The notes beneath the pieces are model-generated. The model saw only the letters and a program-made list of their open reading frames with translations. It had not been told where the DNA came from and made no database searches. A stretch of DNA of 30,580 nt from a virus (taxonomy: Duplodnaviria > Caudoviricetes), in IMG/VR virus record IMGVR_UViG_3300017560_000174, positions 1 to 30,580 of that record; one strand, 5' to 3'. The position numbers were made by a program, and so were the translations under genes. This document shows, piece by piece, positions 1 through 8,898 of this stretch (within the stretch, counting starts at the first letter, position 1; every line of letters starts with the position of its first letter).

Positions 1-498
1 AGCACTGTCGGCCGCCTGCATCTGCAAGAGCGCGAACGTGAGATCGACAGCGTCCCGCGTGCGCGCAGGCGTCATCAGCAGGTCATCGGCAACGCCGGCT
101 TCTGCCGCTTCCTTGTCAGCCAGTTCGAGCAAAGCGCCGGTGCCAAGACTGGAAAGTAGCGCACCCAGGTCCGCGGCAGTCGCCATACCCGCAAAGTCAA
201 CACCGCGCGCGGTGAAGGCCAGCACCGCCGTGCCGCTCAACGTCAGCGGCGTAACCCCGACCGTGCCGCCGATCTTCGACTGCGAGACAGCGCGTGCGCC
301 AACGGTGACGCTGCCGCCGATCGTCATGACGCCGGTCTCGAAGTTCGATCCATCCATGATGACATACGGCGTCTGATCGCCGTCGAGCGCGCCAGCTTCG
401 GCTGGCGTCAGAAACGCGTCAGACGCAACCGAGCCGAAGGTCACCTCGCCGGTGCCGACGGTCTCGATATTGATCTTCACGCGGTCGAAATATTTCAT
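1..498 (-). CDS. Putative tail fibre/receptor-binding protein, N-terminal part (runs off left edge; not in ORF track)
   Basis: ATG at 498 after GAGGA RBS; open frame to base 1: MKYFDRVKINIETVGTGEVTFGSVASDAFLTPAEAGALDGDQTPYVIMDGSNFETG...; resembles 'DRVK..T.GTG' N-termini of alphaproteobacterial phage fibre proteins; last gene of tail region. Confidence 0.7.
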   Translation of the reverse strand, partial: MKYFDRVKINIETVGTGEVTFGSVASDAFLTPAEAGALDGDQTPYVIMDGSNFETGVMTIGGSVTVGARAVSQSKIGGTVGVTPLTLSGTAVLAFTARGVDFAGMATAADLGALLSSLGTGALLELADKEAAEAGVADDLLMTPARTRDAVDLTFALLQMQAADSA

Positions 499-508
499 GG
501 TGTCCTCG

Positions 509-1102
509 TCAGTGCAAAATGGCCTGCACCTTCACCTTGCGGTGTCGTGCGTAAATCTCGGGAACGGGATCGATCACGGTGAGCACCGTCGCGGTCAGCG
601 GCAGGTTGCGACCGGCGAGCGTCTGAGCGATTGACGTCTTCAACTTGAGGCGGAACGCGATGGTGTGCTCGGCCGTCACTTCCGGCCCCTCGCACAGAGC
701 GAACGTCCCCAACGCTGTTTCAGCCAGGCTAGCCGTGGTCGAGACGATCTCGACCGTGTTCGCCAGATTGAAGATGCGACCGGTTCGCGCGATCACCGCG
801 CCATAGCTGAAGGTGATGGCGGTTGCCGGCAGGCCGAGATACCGGCCTGCCAGAATGCCGATGCGTGGCCGCTCCAGCGATAGCACCACATGGGGCAAGC
901 CGACATTGCGCCCGGCCCGCATGCCGAGGAAAGCCGGCGCAATCGTGATCGGCGCTGATGGCAAGCCGACATTGCGGCCAGCCCGCGCCGCCGCTGAACG
1001 CGGCGTCATTGTCAGGGCGAGCGCCGGCAGCGACAGATATGTGCCGGGCGAATAGTCAATCTCGGCGATCGCCTGCCCGGCGAGCGGGCCAAAACCGAGC
1101 AC
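509..1102 (-). CDS. Phage tail-associated protein with ~22-aa internal repeats
   Basis: 197 aa, GTG start, tightly packed between virion genes; repeats RAGRNVGLP / RAGRNVGLP / LAGRYLGLP / RTGRIFNL. Confidence 0.6.
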   Translation of the reverse strand: MLGFGPLAGQAIAEIDYSPGTYLSLPALALTMTPRSAAARAGRNVGLPSAPITIAPAFLGMRAGRNVGLPHVVLSLERPRIGILAGRYLGLPATAITFSYGAVIARTGRIFNLANTVEIVSTTASLAETALGTFALCEGPEVTAEHTIAFRLKLKTSIAQTLAGRNLPLTATVLTVIDPVPEIYARHRKVKVQAILH

Positions 1103-1105
1103 GGA

Positions 1106-1573
1106 TCAATCCACCGTCAGCGTGTAGATGGTTCCCGGCACGCCGAGCAGATCGAAGGTCAGCTTGAAGTCCGTCGTATCGCCGGCATATTCGTTCTGGC
1201 CCAGGTCATAAATCTGGATCGGCTTCATCGACGTTGCGTCGTAGAGCAGCACATAGCGACACGGGCCGATATTGCCGCCAGTCGCTGTCTTGGACACCTG
1301 CCCGCCGCTCAACCGCGCGTCGTTGGTGGTGATCGTCGTAGCGGTCACGGCGGCGACCGACTCCCCGCCCTGATCCCAGCCGCTACCGTAGACCTCGTGC
1401 AGCCGCTCGGCCGGGTCCCCGGTCAATGCACCAGCCACCTGGTCGACGCTGATATGCGTTGCGTCGAAGGCCGCCGTATCCTTGAGCAGCATCACCCGCA
1501 GCGTCGTCAGGTTGATTGCCTGCCCGGCCAGCAGAGCCGTGGTGTGGTTGTAGATGTGCGAAGTAACGGCCAT
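1106..1573 (-). CDS. Phage virion structural protein (fibre-associated)
   Basis: 155 aa, GGAG RBS; pattern YN..LL.G.INL..LRVMLL...F...H...EV.G.GW..GG seen in phage tail-region proteins. Confidence 0.6.
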   Translation of the reverse strand: MAVTSHIYNHTTALLAGQAINLTTLRVMLLKDTAAFDATHISVDQVAGALTGDPAERLHEVYGSGWDQGGESVAAVTATTITTNDARLSGGQVSKTATGGNIGPCRYVLLYDATSMKPIQIYDLGQNEYAGDTTDFKLTFDLLGVPGTIYTLTVD

Positions 1574-1627
1574 GGCAAAGGCTCCGTTGAAACGGTGACA
1601 ATTGAAATTGGAGGGTTGGGTTAGTGG

Positions 1628-2593
1628 TTAGCCGCGATAACCGACGATGGTCGCAGCAAGCCCGCTTAGCGTCGGGTCGCGCGGAAACGGCGCGATGACG
1701 GTCAGGACATCGCCGCGCTGAAATGCGACGGTATCGGCGGCGGCGAAGGTCGGGACACGATCGCCCGGCGCGAAAGTCATTGTCGCGAACTCGACCGGGT
1801 TATCGGGGTCACCGGCCAACGCGCGACGGATCGAGAACACGGCCGACAGCGTCGCGGCGACGTCAGCCTGCCCAATACTGTCGGCAAGGCCGGCGGAAAA
1901 CACGACGTCCGCTGGAGCCGTCCATTTGACGATCTGCTCGCCGGAGGCCGGACGGTCGGTGTCGTACATCGTGATGTCGTAGCGATCGCCGCCGGTAAGA
2001 AACAGGTCCCAATCGTCGGCATTGAGATCGGGCTGCTTGTCCGTATTGGCGCGCCGCGCAATGTAGAGTTTGCCCGCGAACGCCACGATGTCGTTGCCGG
2101 CATAGTCATCTTCGGCGCTCCACTGCCGCGCCCAGCGGATACCGGCCGGGGCGCCCTCCGCCACCCAGACGCCGCCTGTCCGGCGCCAGGCATGCCAGCC
2201 GCTCCCATCGCTGGCGTTAATCTTGAGCGCGAAGTTGCCATCCTCCCCGACTGCCGGGTCGGGCGCATCCCCGACGACGTAGTAGATCACGCCGACGCCC
2301 ATCAGTTTGGCTAGGAAGTCCCGCAACTCCTTCGTCGTGGTGACGACGTCGAGCGGAAGATGGACCAATGTGTACGACGCTTCGGTCAGTGCCGCGCCGG
2401 CCCACGGCTGCGCCAGCGTCGCCGCTGCGTCGCCTTCGAAGCTGGCGACAATGGCGACGCGGCCGTCCGCGAACAGGAGATTGGCCTGCTTGTCGAGTCC
2501 GGCCAGCGCCCAGCCGGTACCGTGGCCGGTCAAAGCGGTGTCGCCATCGGCAACCGAAATGGTGCCGACGCTATAGGTCGCGTTCCAGGTCAT
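1628..2593 (-). CDS. Tail fibre protein with CBM5/12-like (chitin-binding type) module
   Basis: 321 aa; N-terminal YSVGTISVADG..LTG.GTGW fibre-attachment motif; WSAEDDYAGNDIVAFAGKLYIARRANTDKQPD...W matches the CBM5/12 pattern. Confidence 0.7.
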   Translation of the reverse strand: MTWNATYSVGTISVADGDTALTGHGTGWALAGLDKQANLLFADGRVAIVASFEGDAAATLAQPWAGAALTEASYTLVHLPLDVVTTTKELRDFLAKLMGVGVIYYVVGDAPDPAVGEDGNFALKINASDGSGWHAWRRTGGVWVAEGAPAGIRWARQWSAEDDYAGNDIVAFAGKLYIARRANTDKQPDLNADDWDLFLTGGDRYDITMYDTDRPASGEQIVKWTAPADVVFSAGLADSIGQADVAATLSAVFSIRRALAGDPDNPVEFATMTFAPGDRVPTFAAADTVAFQRGDVLTVIAPFPRDPTLSGLAATIVGYRG

Positions 2594-2610
2594 CAGAAGC
2601 TCGCTAGGAG

Positions 2611-2970
2611 TCAGGCGCTCGGCGCTGCGCCGTTGTACTGGCTCATGATCTCGCGGATCTCCTGAACCGTGCCGACACGTATCTTTGCCTTGAGCCGCCG
2701 CCGCAGCAGCTCACGCTCTGCCAGAGCGTCGGACCTGCCATCGATCAGCCGCGCATAGGCGACCAATGCCGTCTCTGCCTCAGCCGCTTCCTGTTCGATC
2801 CACGGATTCGGCTCGCCACCCTCGATAATCTCCCGCGCCATTTGCCGCTTCAGCGCGTGCACCAGGTCCCGATGTGCATTCTGAATGGCGATGCTGTTGA
2901 AGTACGCATCGAGGCCGGCGATCGCGCGCGACCGTAGCTCGTCCACATCGGCGCAGAGAGTCAGCTTCAT
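2611..2970 (-). CDS. Hypothetical tail-region protein (possible fibre assembly chaperone)
   Basis: Start corrected to ATG 2970 (MKLTLCAD), ATGA overlap with upstream stop; helical 119 aa. Confidence 0.6.
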   Translation of the reverse strand: MKLTLCADVDELRSRAIAGLDAYFNSIAIQNAHRDLVHALKRQMAREIIEGGEPNPWIEQEAAEAETALVAYARLIDGRSDALAERELLRRRLKAKIRVGTVQEIREIMSQYNGAAPSA

Positions 2971-3392
2971 GCCCGGGCCTCGATCGCCACGCTGTTGGAC
3001 ATGTAGGGCCAGCATTCGACGAAGACACGATACGTGCCCGGGTGATCCGCCTGAACCTCGATCGGCTCTCCATCGCCGACGAACTGCGAACGCGACGTGC
3101 CGTCGTCGATCGTTCCCGAGGCGCCCGCCGGCACTCCTGTGAGAACCGCGGCATCCGCGCCATCGGCGATGATGGACGCCCTCGACAGGACCAGATCAAG
3201 CAATGGTCTCTGCACGATCTCCGGGACACCATCCGTTTCGATGACGAAATAATCCCGGATGTTTGGCAATTCCTTGCGATAGATGAACACGCGCGGATGC
3301 CCGTTCTGCTTGTAAAGATCAACCGTTTCTTCGGTGCACACGTTCAGCAGCGCCTGCGTGATGCGCCCGATCTCGTCATATACGATCAGCAT
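2967..3392 (-). CDS. Hypothetical tail-region protein
   Basis: 141 aa, coupled to neighbours; C-terminal Ig-like beta pattern (IIADGADAAVLTGVP...PGTYRVFVECWPY). Confidence 0.65.
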   Translation of the reverse strand: MLIVYDEIGRITQALLNVCTEETVDLYKQNGHPRVFIYRKELPNIRDYFVIETDGVPEIVQRPLLDLVLSRASIIADGADAAVLTGVPAGASGTIDDGTSRSQFVGDGEPIEVQADHPGTYRVFVECWPYMSNSVAIEARA

Positions 3393-3397
3393 TTCAT

Positions 3398-3892
3398 TTA
3401 GCCCATCGCCATCCAGCGAAACTCATTCATATATTGCGTCGAATTGTACTGTCCTGGTGACGAACCTGAACCGGTGTCACCAAGATAGTTATTCCAGAGC
3501 TGCATTCCCGAGCCATTTACAATTGCCCACGCATACCGATTGTATCGATATACCCATGCCTCCGTGAGTGTTGCATATAGCCCGTCATATACAAACGGAT
3601 GCATCAACTCACCTGTGATGTAGTTCATTATTCCGAAAATGACTGTAGGAGGTTGCGCAAATGGAGTCGGGAAGGTGATCCAACTTGATCGTGGGTTGTA
3701 AACGACGCCGGAAGGCCCAGAGTCAACGATAAAGCTGCCCCACAAGGTTATTGAGCCGCGCTGGATATTGCGGACTGTTGCGAAGTTGGAGTCAAAGGCA
3801 AGTTGGTCAAGCAATGCCGAGTTTACGTCGATACCAGGCTTAGAGACGACTGCTCGATTGGTACTGATGATCGCGCGACGGACGTTAGCCAC
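3398..3892 (-). CDS. Tail-tip accessory protein, paralogue 3 (low GC)
   Basis: 164 aa; N-terminal RAII...VVSKPGIDV...L.FDS motif shared with the two upstream ORFs. Confidence 0.7.
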   Translation of the reverse strand: MANVRRAIISTNRAVVSKPGIDVNSALLDQLAFDSNFATVRNIQRGSITLWGSFIVDSGPSGVVYNPRSSWITFPTPFAQPPTVIFGIMNYITGELMHPFVYDGLYATLTEAWVYRYNRYAWAIVNGSGMQLWNNYLGDTGSGSSPGQYNSTQYMNEFRWMAMG

Positions 3893-4307
3893 TTGAATTA
3901 CCCGTCACAAAGAAGCGTAACCAGAATGGCGTGGCCCCACCTGCCGGCGATGCTCCGTTGAACACTTCAATTCTATCGGTATAGCTCGCCACATACGCAC
4001 GGCTACCATAACTCAATGCATGCGTGTGCCACGACATTGACGGCAGAGAATAGCTACCCAGGTCACTCATGACGCTGAACAAGACCAGAGGCGGACTCAC
4101 GCAAGCGATCGGGAAGTATGACGGAGTCCATGTGTTGTAGGGGCAATAGACAAATCCCTGATGCAAAAACTGAAGGTTCTTGAACTCCGGCGAAACCAGA
4201 AGATCGTCAGGAAGTGCGGTGCGGACATCGACACCCGGCCTGGATACGAATAGCCCCTCGTCACCCATAGCCGCCCGATGGCCGAATAGAACGCGCGGTA
4301 CAACCAT
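3885..4307 (-). CDS. Tail-tip accessory protein, paralogue 2
   Basis: 140 aa; VPRVLFG...FVSRPGVDV motif; overlaps both neighbours. Confidence 0.7.
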   Translation of the reverse strand: MVVPRVLFGHRAAMGDEGLFVSRPGVDVRTALPDDLLVSPEFKNLQFLHQGFVYCPYNTWTPSYFPIACVSPPLVLFSVMSDLGSYSLPSMSWHTHALSYGSRAYVASYTDRIEVFNGASPAGGATPFWLRFFVTGNSSG

Positions 4308-4774
4308 CAGAACGGCCTAAACACCATTATTGCCCAATCATAATTCCACAAGGGGAATCCAGTCGCGGCGCCCGTGCTCTTAATAGCCAGAACCCGAACG
4401 AGATGCGGATATGTCACCCAGCGAAATGCGGTCGCGTAAGAGTAAAATGTGCCAATGACGCCGCCGACATTCCAAAACTGTGTGTAATCCAGATAGATTT
4501 GCTCGTCCAAATGCGTTGTCGTGCCCTGCTGAATAGGAACTACCGCGGCAAAGGGATCGATCCCGACGCTTGCGAACGGAAAGTCGAAGTAGTTAGCCCC
4601 CGGCGCGATCGAGCTACCGCGCACGATGCCCGACGCCATCAACCGCTCGACCCGCGGCCATGACCAGTCCATCACAAGATGTGCCTCCGTCAATGACGGC
4701 GGGTTGGTCACATCGATACCGGGCCGGGAGATGCGCATGCCATCCGGCCCCATCAAGACGCGCGGGACAGTCAC
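4307..4774 (-). CDS. Tail-tip accessory protein, paralogue 1
   Basis: 155 aa; VPRVLMG...ISRPGIDV motif; abuts the stop of the tail tip gene. Confidence 0.7.
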   Translation of the reverse strand: MTVPRVLMGPDGMRISRPGIDVTNPPSLTEAHLVMDWSWPRVERLMASGIVRGSSIAPGANYFDFPFASVGIDPFAAVVPIQQGTTTHLDEQIYLDYTQFWNVGGVIGTFYSYATAFRWVTYPHLVRVLAIKSTGAATGFPLWNYDWAIMVFRPF

Positions 4775-7516
4775 TTACGGACCCCACACCAGCAGATAGC
4801 GCTCGCTCAGATTGATCTCGAATAGCTCATCGGGCGACACCATTCGCCCGGCAGTAACCTCTCCGATATTCGCGTTGATCGCGGACAGGCTGTCAGCATC
4901 GATCGCCTGCGCCCGGATCATTCCGTCGCCGAACATGTCGCCACGAAACACGATCCGTGCGGCGCCATTGACGTTTGCAATCTGGAACACGCTTTGCGGG
5001 TCGCCCCCCTCGATACCGGGAAACGTGATTTGAAGGAAGTTGCCATTGAACACCCAGCCGGCCGTCTCGCCGTCGGCATAGCCTTTCAGCGATGCGACAT
5101 TGGTGTCGGCTGCGACCTCGATCGTGTACTGAGCGGCCAGCTTCCCATCGATGCCGGCGATGGCCTCCGAGGTCTGCATGATCGAGGCGGCCGTATCGCC
5201 GAAACGGGCCTCGACCGTCGTCTGGTAGCTGGCGAAAGCTTCCCGGTCGTTGGCTTGCACCGCCTCGATATGCTCGACCGCCGCGCTCAGCGCGCCGCGG
5301 ACGACACTGAGCAGCCGCCGGCTTTCCAGCTTGTCGGTCCAGTTGGCGGCGTCCTGCCGCGCCACCGTGGCGATTGCCTCTTCGACCCGCGCCACAGCCT
5401 CGTTGACGCGCCGAAACTCCTCGCTCACCGCCTTGGCAAGATCGAATGTGGTGCGCCCGTCCGGCATGGTGACCAAGATCCATAGCGACCATTCCGTAGT
5501 GTAGCCGTTCCAGCTCTCGAAGCGCGCCCGGACCTGATACTGCGTCACCGATTGCAGGCCAGCGGCGATGACGATCTGGCCGGCGGTCACGTCGTCCCGA
5601 TCGGTCAGGCCCGAGGTGTTGTCAGTCGGATCGGCCGCGAGCCTGATCTGCCAGCGCACCGCGTGGACGTCGTCATCTTCCGGCGGGTCCCAGGTCAGCT
5701 TGATCGCCGGCAGGGTCTGGCCGAGGTCGCCCTTCCAGATGAAGCCCTCCGCCTGAAATCCGGTGATGACCTTGGCGGCCGGCAGCAGCGTGACCAGCCG
5801 TCCGTCGACCACGGGAAGCTCGTCGTCGCTCGACCAATCGTAATCATTCGGGTCGACCTCGGTGCACGACACGGTGACATTTAGGTTCGGCTCGTAATCG
5901 ACGCTGTCGATCTCGAACAGCTTGTCGACATAGCCGTTGCGTGCACTGCCCCATGCAAAACCGTCGCCGGGCTCCAGCACCATCGCCGACGGCGGCAGCG
6001 TCAGGACGTGCTTGCGCTGGCGGCGCGCTCGATTAAGCAGTTGCAGCATCAGGCGCTGCATCTGGGTATCAGACTGCACCATCGGCGCCGTCAGATCGGC
6101 CGGCAGTCGGCGGCGATCCTCGGCGCGCCAGGCGAGGTTCTCGCGCGGCGGCGCCACCTTGGTGATCCAGCCGTCATCCGGCGAGGTGTAGGTGCCCGTC
6201 AGGTAATTGACGCGCTGCTCGAGCCCGAGCACCGGGCGGTACTGTTCCTCGCGGTTCGCGACGATGGCGTCGTCGGTGATGCTCAGCACCGGCAGGCCGG
6301 GCGCGCCGAGATACAGCTTGTAGATGCCACCGATCTCGACGAACCGGCCGCCGCAGGCCCGCAGCAGGCCCTGAATCATCTCGCGCGGCTCGGTATCGAT
6401 GCTGATCTCGGCGCCGCCGCAGAACTGCTTCTCGAAGTCACCGTCACCGCGCTCGACGAGGACGTCGGCCTCGTTCATGGCGGCGAACCAGACGTCGAGC
6501 GGCAACTGTTCGGCCGACGTGTTTTCAAGACCGTAGAAAAACTGGCGGTTTCCAGCAGCGTCCGCGACATAGATGCCACGGCAAACATTGTAGGCGATCA
6601 CCGCCAGATTGTCGGTCCATTCGTGGGTCGACAGATCATCGAACCGGTGCGGGCCGTCACCGCCCGGCACGGTCGAATCCTTGCGCGGATCATAGAGCCG
6701 GATGCCGTCGACGACGAACTTCCACGCCAGCCGCCCCGGCACCCGCTCGCGCTCGTAGATCGAGTGGGTGCGCACATAGGTGATGCCGGTGCCGACGTGG
6801 TTCTGCGTCCACGGCCGCTGCGCAGCGCCCAGATTGGCGACTGTGAAGTTGTCGGCCGTGGTCTGGCGGCCGTCGAAGAACCGCAGGGCCAGCAGATCAC
6901 CGTATTTCTTCAGGTCGTTCTGCGCGTCGAGCTGGTTGTAGAAGGCGCCGGCGAGCGCGCCGCCGAACAGGCTCTGCCCGAAGGCCGCCTGAAACTGGTC
7001 CAGCGTCACCTTGTCGACCGCGCCGGTGTAGCCGTCCACCAGCATGCCGCGATCGCTGCCGCTGTCGCGCAATATACACTCAACACCCTCGACAAAGGCC
7101 GAGTGCAGCTTCTCGCAGGGGTGATCGGCGAGCGCGATGACCTCGATCATGTCAGAGTTATCGATGTCGCCCCGCTTGCCGAAGGTATTCGCATAGGCGA
7201 GCGAACCCGCGGTCACCGCGCGGCCGACGATCAGCGACTGCGGGATATCCGGATCGACGCGCAGGTCTAGCTGGATGCCGCCGACCGACTGAACCGAGGT
7301 CGCGTCCGGCGCGTCCGGCGTTTTGGCCAGCAGTTTCGATGCGACATAGCTGATGCCGACCGACAGCGCGACGCCGATAACCGCCGTCGCGATCGTTGCC
7401 GCGGCACCCGTCAATCCGACCAACGCGACAACCGGTGCGATCAGGAAACCGGCATGCGCGGTGTCGCTCGCCGCCAGCAGCAGCGCTATCGAGGCCAGAA
7501 GTGTCAGCAGCATCAT
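4775..7516 (-). CDS. Tail tip / host-specificity protein (lambda gpJ-like, central fibre) with fibronectin-III-like region
   Basis: 913 aa; G.RLYDPRKDSTVPGG.G.HRFDD..T.EW.DN motif; FnIII-like LTWDPP...QYQVRAR; coiled C-terminal region; position after Dit/L/NlpC genes. Confidence 0.85.
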   Translation of the reverse strand: MMLLTLLASIALLLAASDTAHAGFLIAPVVALVGLTGAAATIATAVIGVALSVGISYVASKLLAKTPDAPDATSVQSVGGIQLDLRVDPDIPQSLIVGRAVTAGSLAYANTFGKRGDIDNSDMIEVIALADHPCEKLHSAFVEGVECILRDSGSDRGMLVDGYTGAVDKVTLDQFQAAFGQSLFGGALAGAFYNQLDAQNDLKKYGDLLALRFFDGRQTTADNFTVANLGAAQRPWTQNHVGTGITYVRTHSIYERERVPGRLAWKFVVDGIRLYDPRKDSTVPGGDGPHRFDDLSTHEWTDNLAVIAYNVCRGIYVADAAGNRQFFYGLENTSAEQLPLDVWFAAMNEADVLVERGDGDFEKQFCGGAEISIDTEPREMIQGLLRACGGRFVEIGGIYKLYLGAPGLPVLSITDDAIVANREEQYRPVLGLEQRVNYLTGTYTSPDDGWITKVAPPRENLAWRAEDRRRLPADLTAPMVQSDTQMQRLMLQLLNRARRQRKHVLTLPPSAMVLEPGDGFAWGSARNGYVDKLFEIDSVDYEPNLNVTVSCTEVDPNDYDWSSDDELPVVDGRLVTLLPAAKVITGFQAEGFIWKGDLGQTLPAIKLTWDPPEDDDVHAVRWQIRLAADPTDNTSGLTDRDDVTAGQIVIAAGLQSVTQYQVRARFESWNGYTTEWSLWILVTMPDGRTTFDLAKAVSEEFRRVNEAVARVEEAIATVARQDAANWTDKLESRRLLSVVRGALSAAVEHIEAVQANDREAFASYQTTVEARFGDTAASIMQTSEAIAGIDGKLAAQYTIEVAADTNVASLKGYADGETAGWVFNGNFLQITFPGIEGGDPQSVFQIANVNGAARIVFRGDMFGDGMIRAQAIDADSLSAINANIGEVTAGRMVSPDELFEINLSERYLLVWGP

Positions 7517-7911
7517 TCGACCCGGAAGGCCCTGTTGGCGCGCGAGAGCGGCACGGTCATCAAGCCACCCTGCCCGCGCGCGACGATCTGGGCGCCAATG
7601 ACGACGCCGAGCGTATCCGTGCCATCCTCATTGACGACGTGCGCCCAATCGCCTGAGCGCGCCCGACCTAGCGGGATCTCCGCGAAATGCGCGGCGGCGA
7701 GGTCACCCATGTCCCGCCAGCCATTCGCCAGCATATGACGCCTGGCGCCCGTCTCGCTGTCATAGACACCCCGGAACCGCGCCAGCGGGTCACGGCCGGT
7801 CAGCACCAGCGCAAAGTCGGCGGCGGTCAACGCGCAATCCGAGACGCCCCACTGGAACGAGATGGTCCTCTGCCGCGTATATTCCGCATGGATGATCGAA
7901 CGGGCGTTCAC
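7513..7911 (-). CDS. Tail assembly protein, NlpC/P60-like (DUF6950-type)
   Basis: 132 aa; FQWGVSDCALTAADF..LTGRDP..RFRG.Y and ARSGD motifs. Confidence 0.8.
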   Translation of the reverse strand: MNARSIIHAEYTRQRTISFQWGVSDCALTAADFALVLTGRDPLARFRGVYDSETGARRHMLANGWRDMGDLAAAHFAEIPLGRARSGDWAHVVNEDGTDTLGVVIGAQIVARGQGGLMTVPLSRANRAFRVE

Positions 7912-7974
7912 GGTTCCAACCTATCCGGCATTGAAGGTTTCATGATTTTGGGAATACAGAGAGAGGACGCGAAA

Positions 7975-8292
7975 TTGACGCCTGGAACGGCTCGCAAAAA
8001 AGGCCTCACGCTGCCGGCGCCGGAAAACATGTCGGAAGCAGGCGCCATGATTTTGGCGCTGATGCTGCTCAGCCGCACATCACTCGCGGAGCTCCTTGAA
8101 GAGCACGATGGCTATGCCGGCCCGTGGCTCGACGAGATTGAGACAGAGGTCACGCTCAATATCAAAAGCACCGAAGTGTCTGGCATGCCCATCGAACAGG
8201 AGGTGAAGGCACTCAACCTCTGTCTAAATACCGCAAAGGCAATCTTCGAGAGTGTGCGGCAGGAAGGGACGTTCGAAGAAGGCGACCTGTGA
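7975..8292 (+). CDS. Counter-oriented moron, hypothetical helical protein (~105 aa)
   Basis: In-frame TTG 7975 lies 8 nt after GAGAGG (alternative ATGs 7942, 8029); fills the gap between tail genes on the opposite strand. Confidence 0.6.
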   Translation: MTPGTARKKGLTLPAPENMSEAGAMILALMLLSRTSLAELLEEHDGYAGPWLDEIETEVTLNIKSTEVSGMPIEQEVKALNLCLNTAKAIFESVRQEGTFEEGDL

Positions 8293-8307
8293 TTGTGCCA
8301 AGCCCCA

Positions 8308-8898
8308 TCACGGACCCTTCCTTCCGAAATACACGGTCTGTTCGCGCTGTCCGCCGGCGTAGTCGAAGAACCGATCGTTGACGTCGCGTTGCGACTGCGT
8401 CGACGGCGAGCGCGTGCCGGTCTGCTTGATCGTCAGCGCGCGCGAGGTGGATTCACAGGTCAGCGTCACCGTGCTCTCGCCGCTGACGCCCGGCAGGGTG
8501 ACGCCGATAGTGTCGACGAATCCGACGAAGCGGCGGATCAGTGGCCCGATCAGCGCCCGCGTATCCGGATCGAAAAGCCCGATCGACATGGTGATCGGCG
8601 CCTGCCCGACGGTGCTGCCGCGCACCAACGACACAACCTCCGGCGACACTCCGTTCAGCACGATCTCCAGCCCCGGAATGCTCATCTCGGCGGTCGCCGT
8701 CAGCGTCGAGACGCGCGCGACGGTGCCGTAGCCGTGATAGGTCCGCCCCTCATGCTCGATCGTGCCGGCGTCATCCCAGAAACCGGCCGGATCGGCCAAG
8801 CCGGTCTCCGGGTTGCGCGCCTCGCACCAGATGAAGGTGCGGCGCACCACGCGCCAATGCGCCAGCGCGTCGAGCTGCGGTTGGGTGAAAGCAAGCAT
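8308..8898 (-). CDS. Minor tail protein (gpL/DUF2163-like hub)
   Basis: 196 aa; GFWDD.G.I...GRTY.G.G and RS...Q..RD..DRFFDY motifs; synteny. Confidence 0.75.
   Translation of the reverse strand: MLAFTQPQLDALAHWRVVRRTFIWCEARNPETGLADPAGFWDDAGTIEHEGRTYHGYGTVARVSTLTATAEMSIPGLEIVLNGVSPEVVSLVRGSTVGQAPITMSIGLFDPDTRALIGPLIRRFVGFVDTIGVTLPGVSGESTVTLTCESTSRALTIKQTGTRSPSTQSQRDVNDRFFDYAGGQREQTVYFGRKGP

Noticed and set aside
1-4774. Diversity-generating retroelement or invertible fibre cassette
   Set aside because: No reverse transcriptase, TR/VR pair, invertase or flanking inverted repeats seen in the window; cannot be excluded beyond the left edge
6008-7270. 420-aa plus-strand ORF
   Set aside because: Antisense shadow of the tail tip gene in high-GC DNA; no motifs
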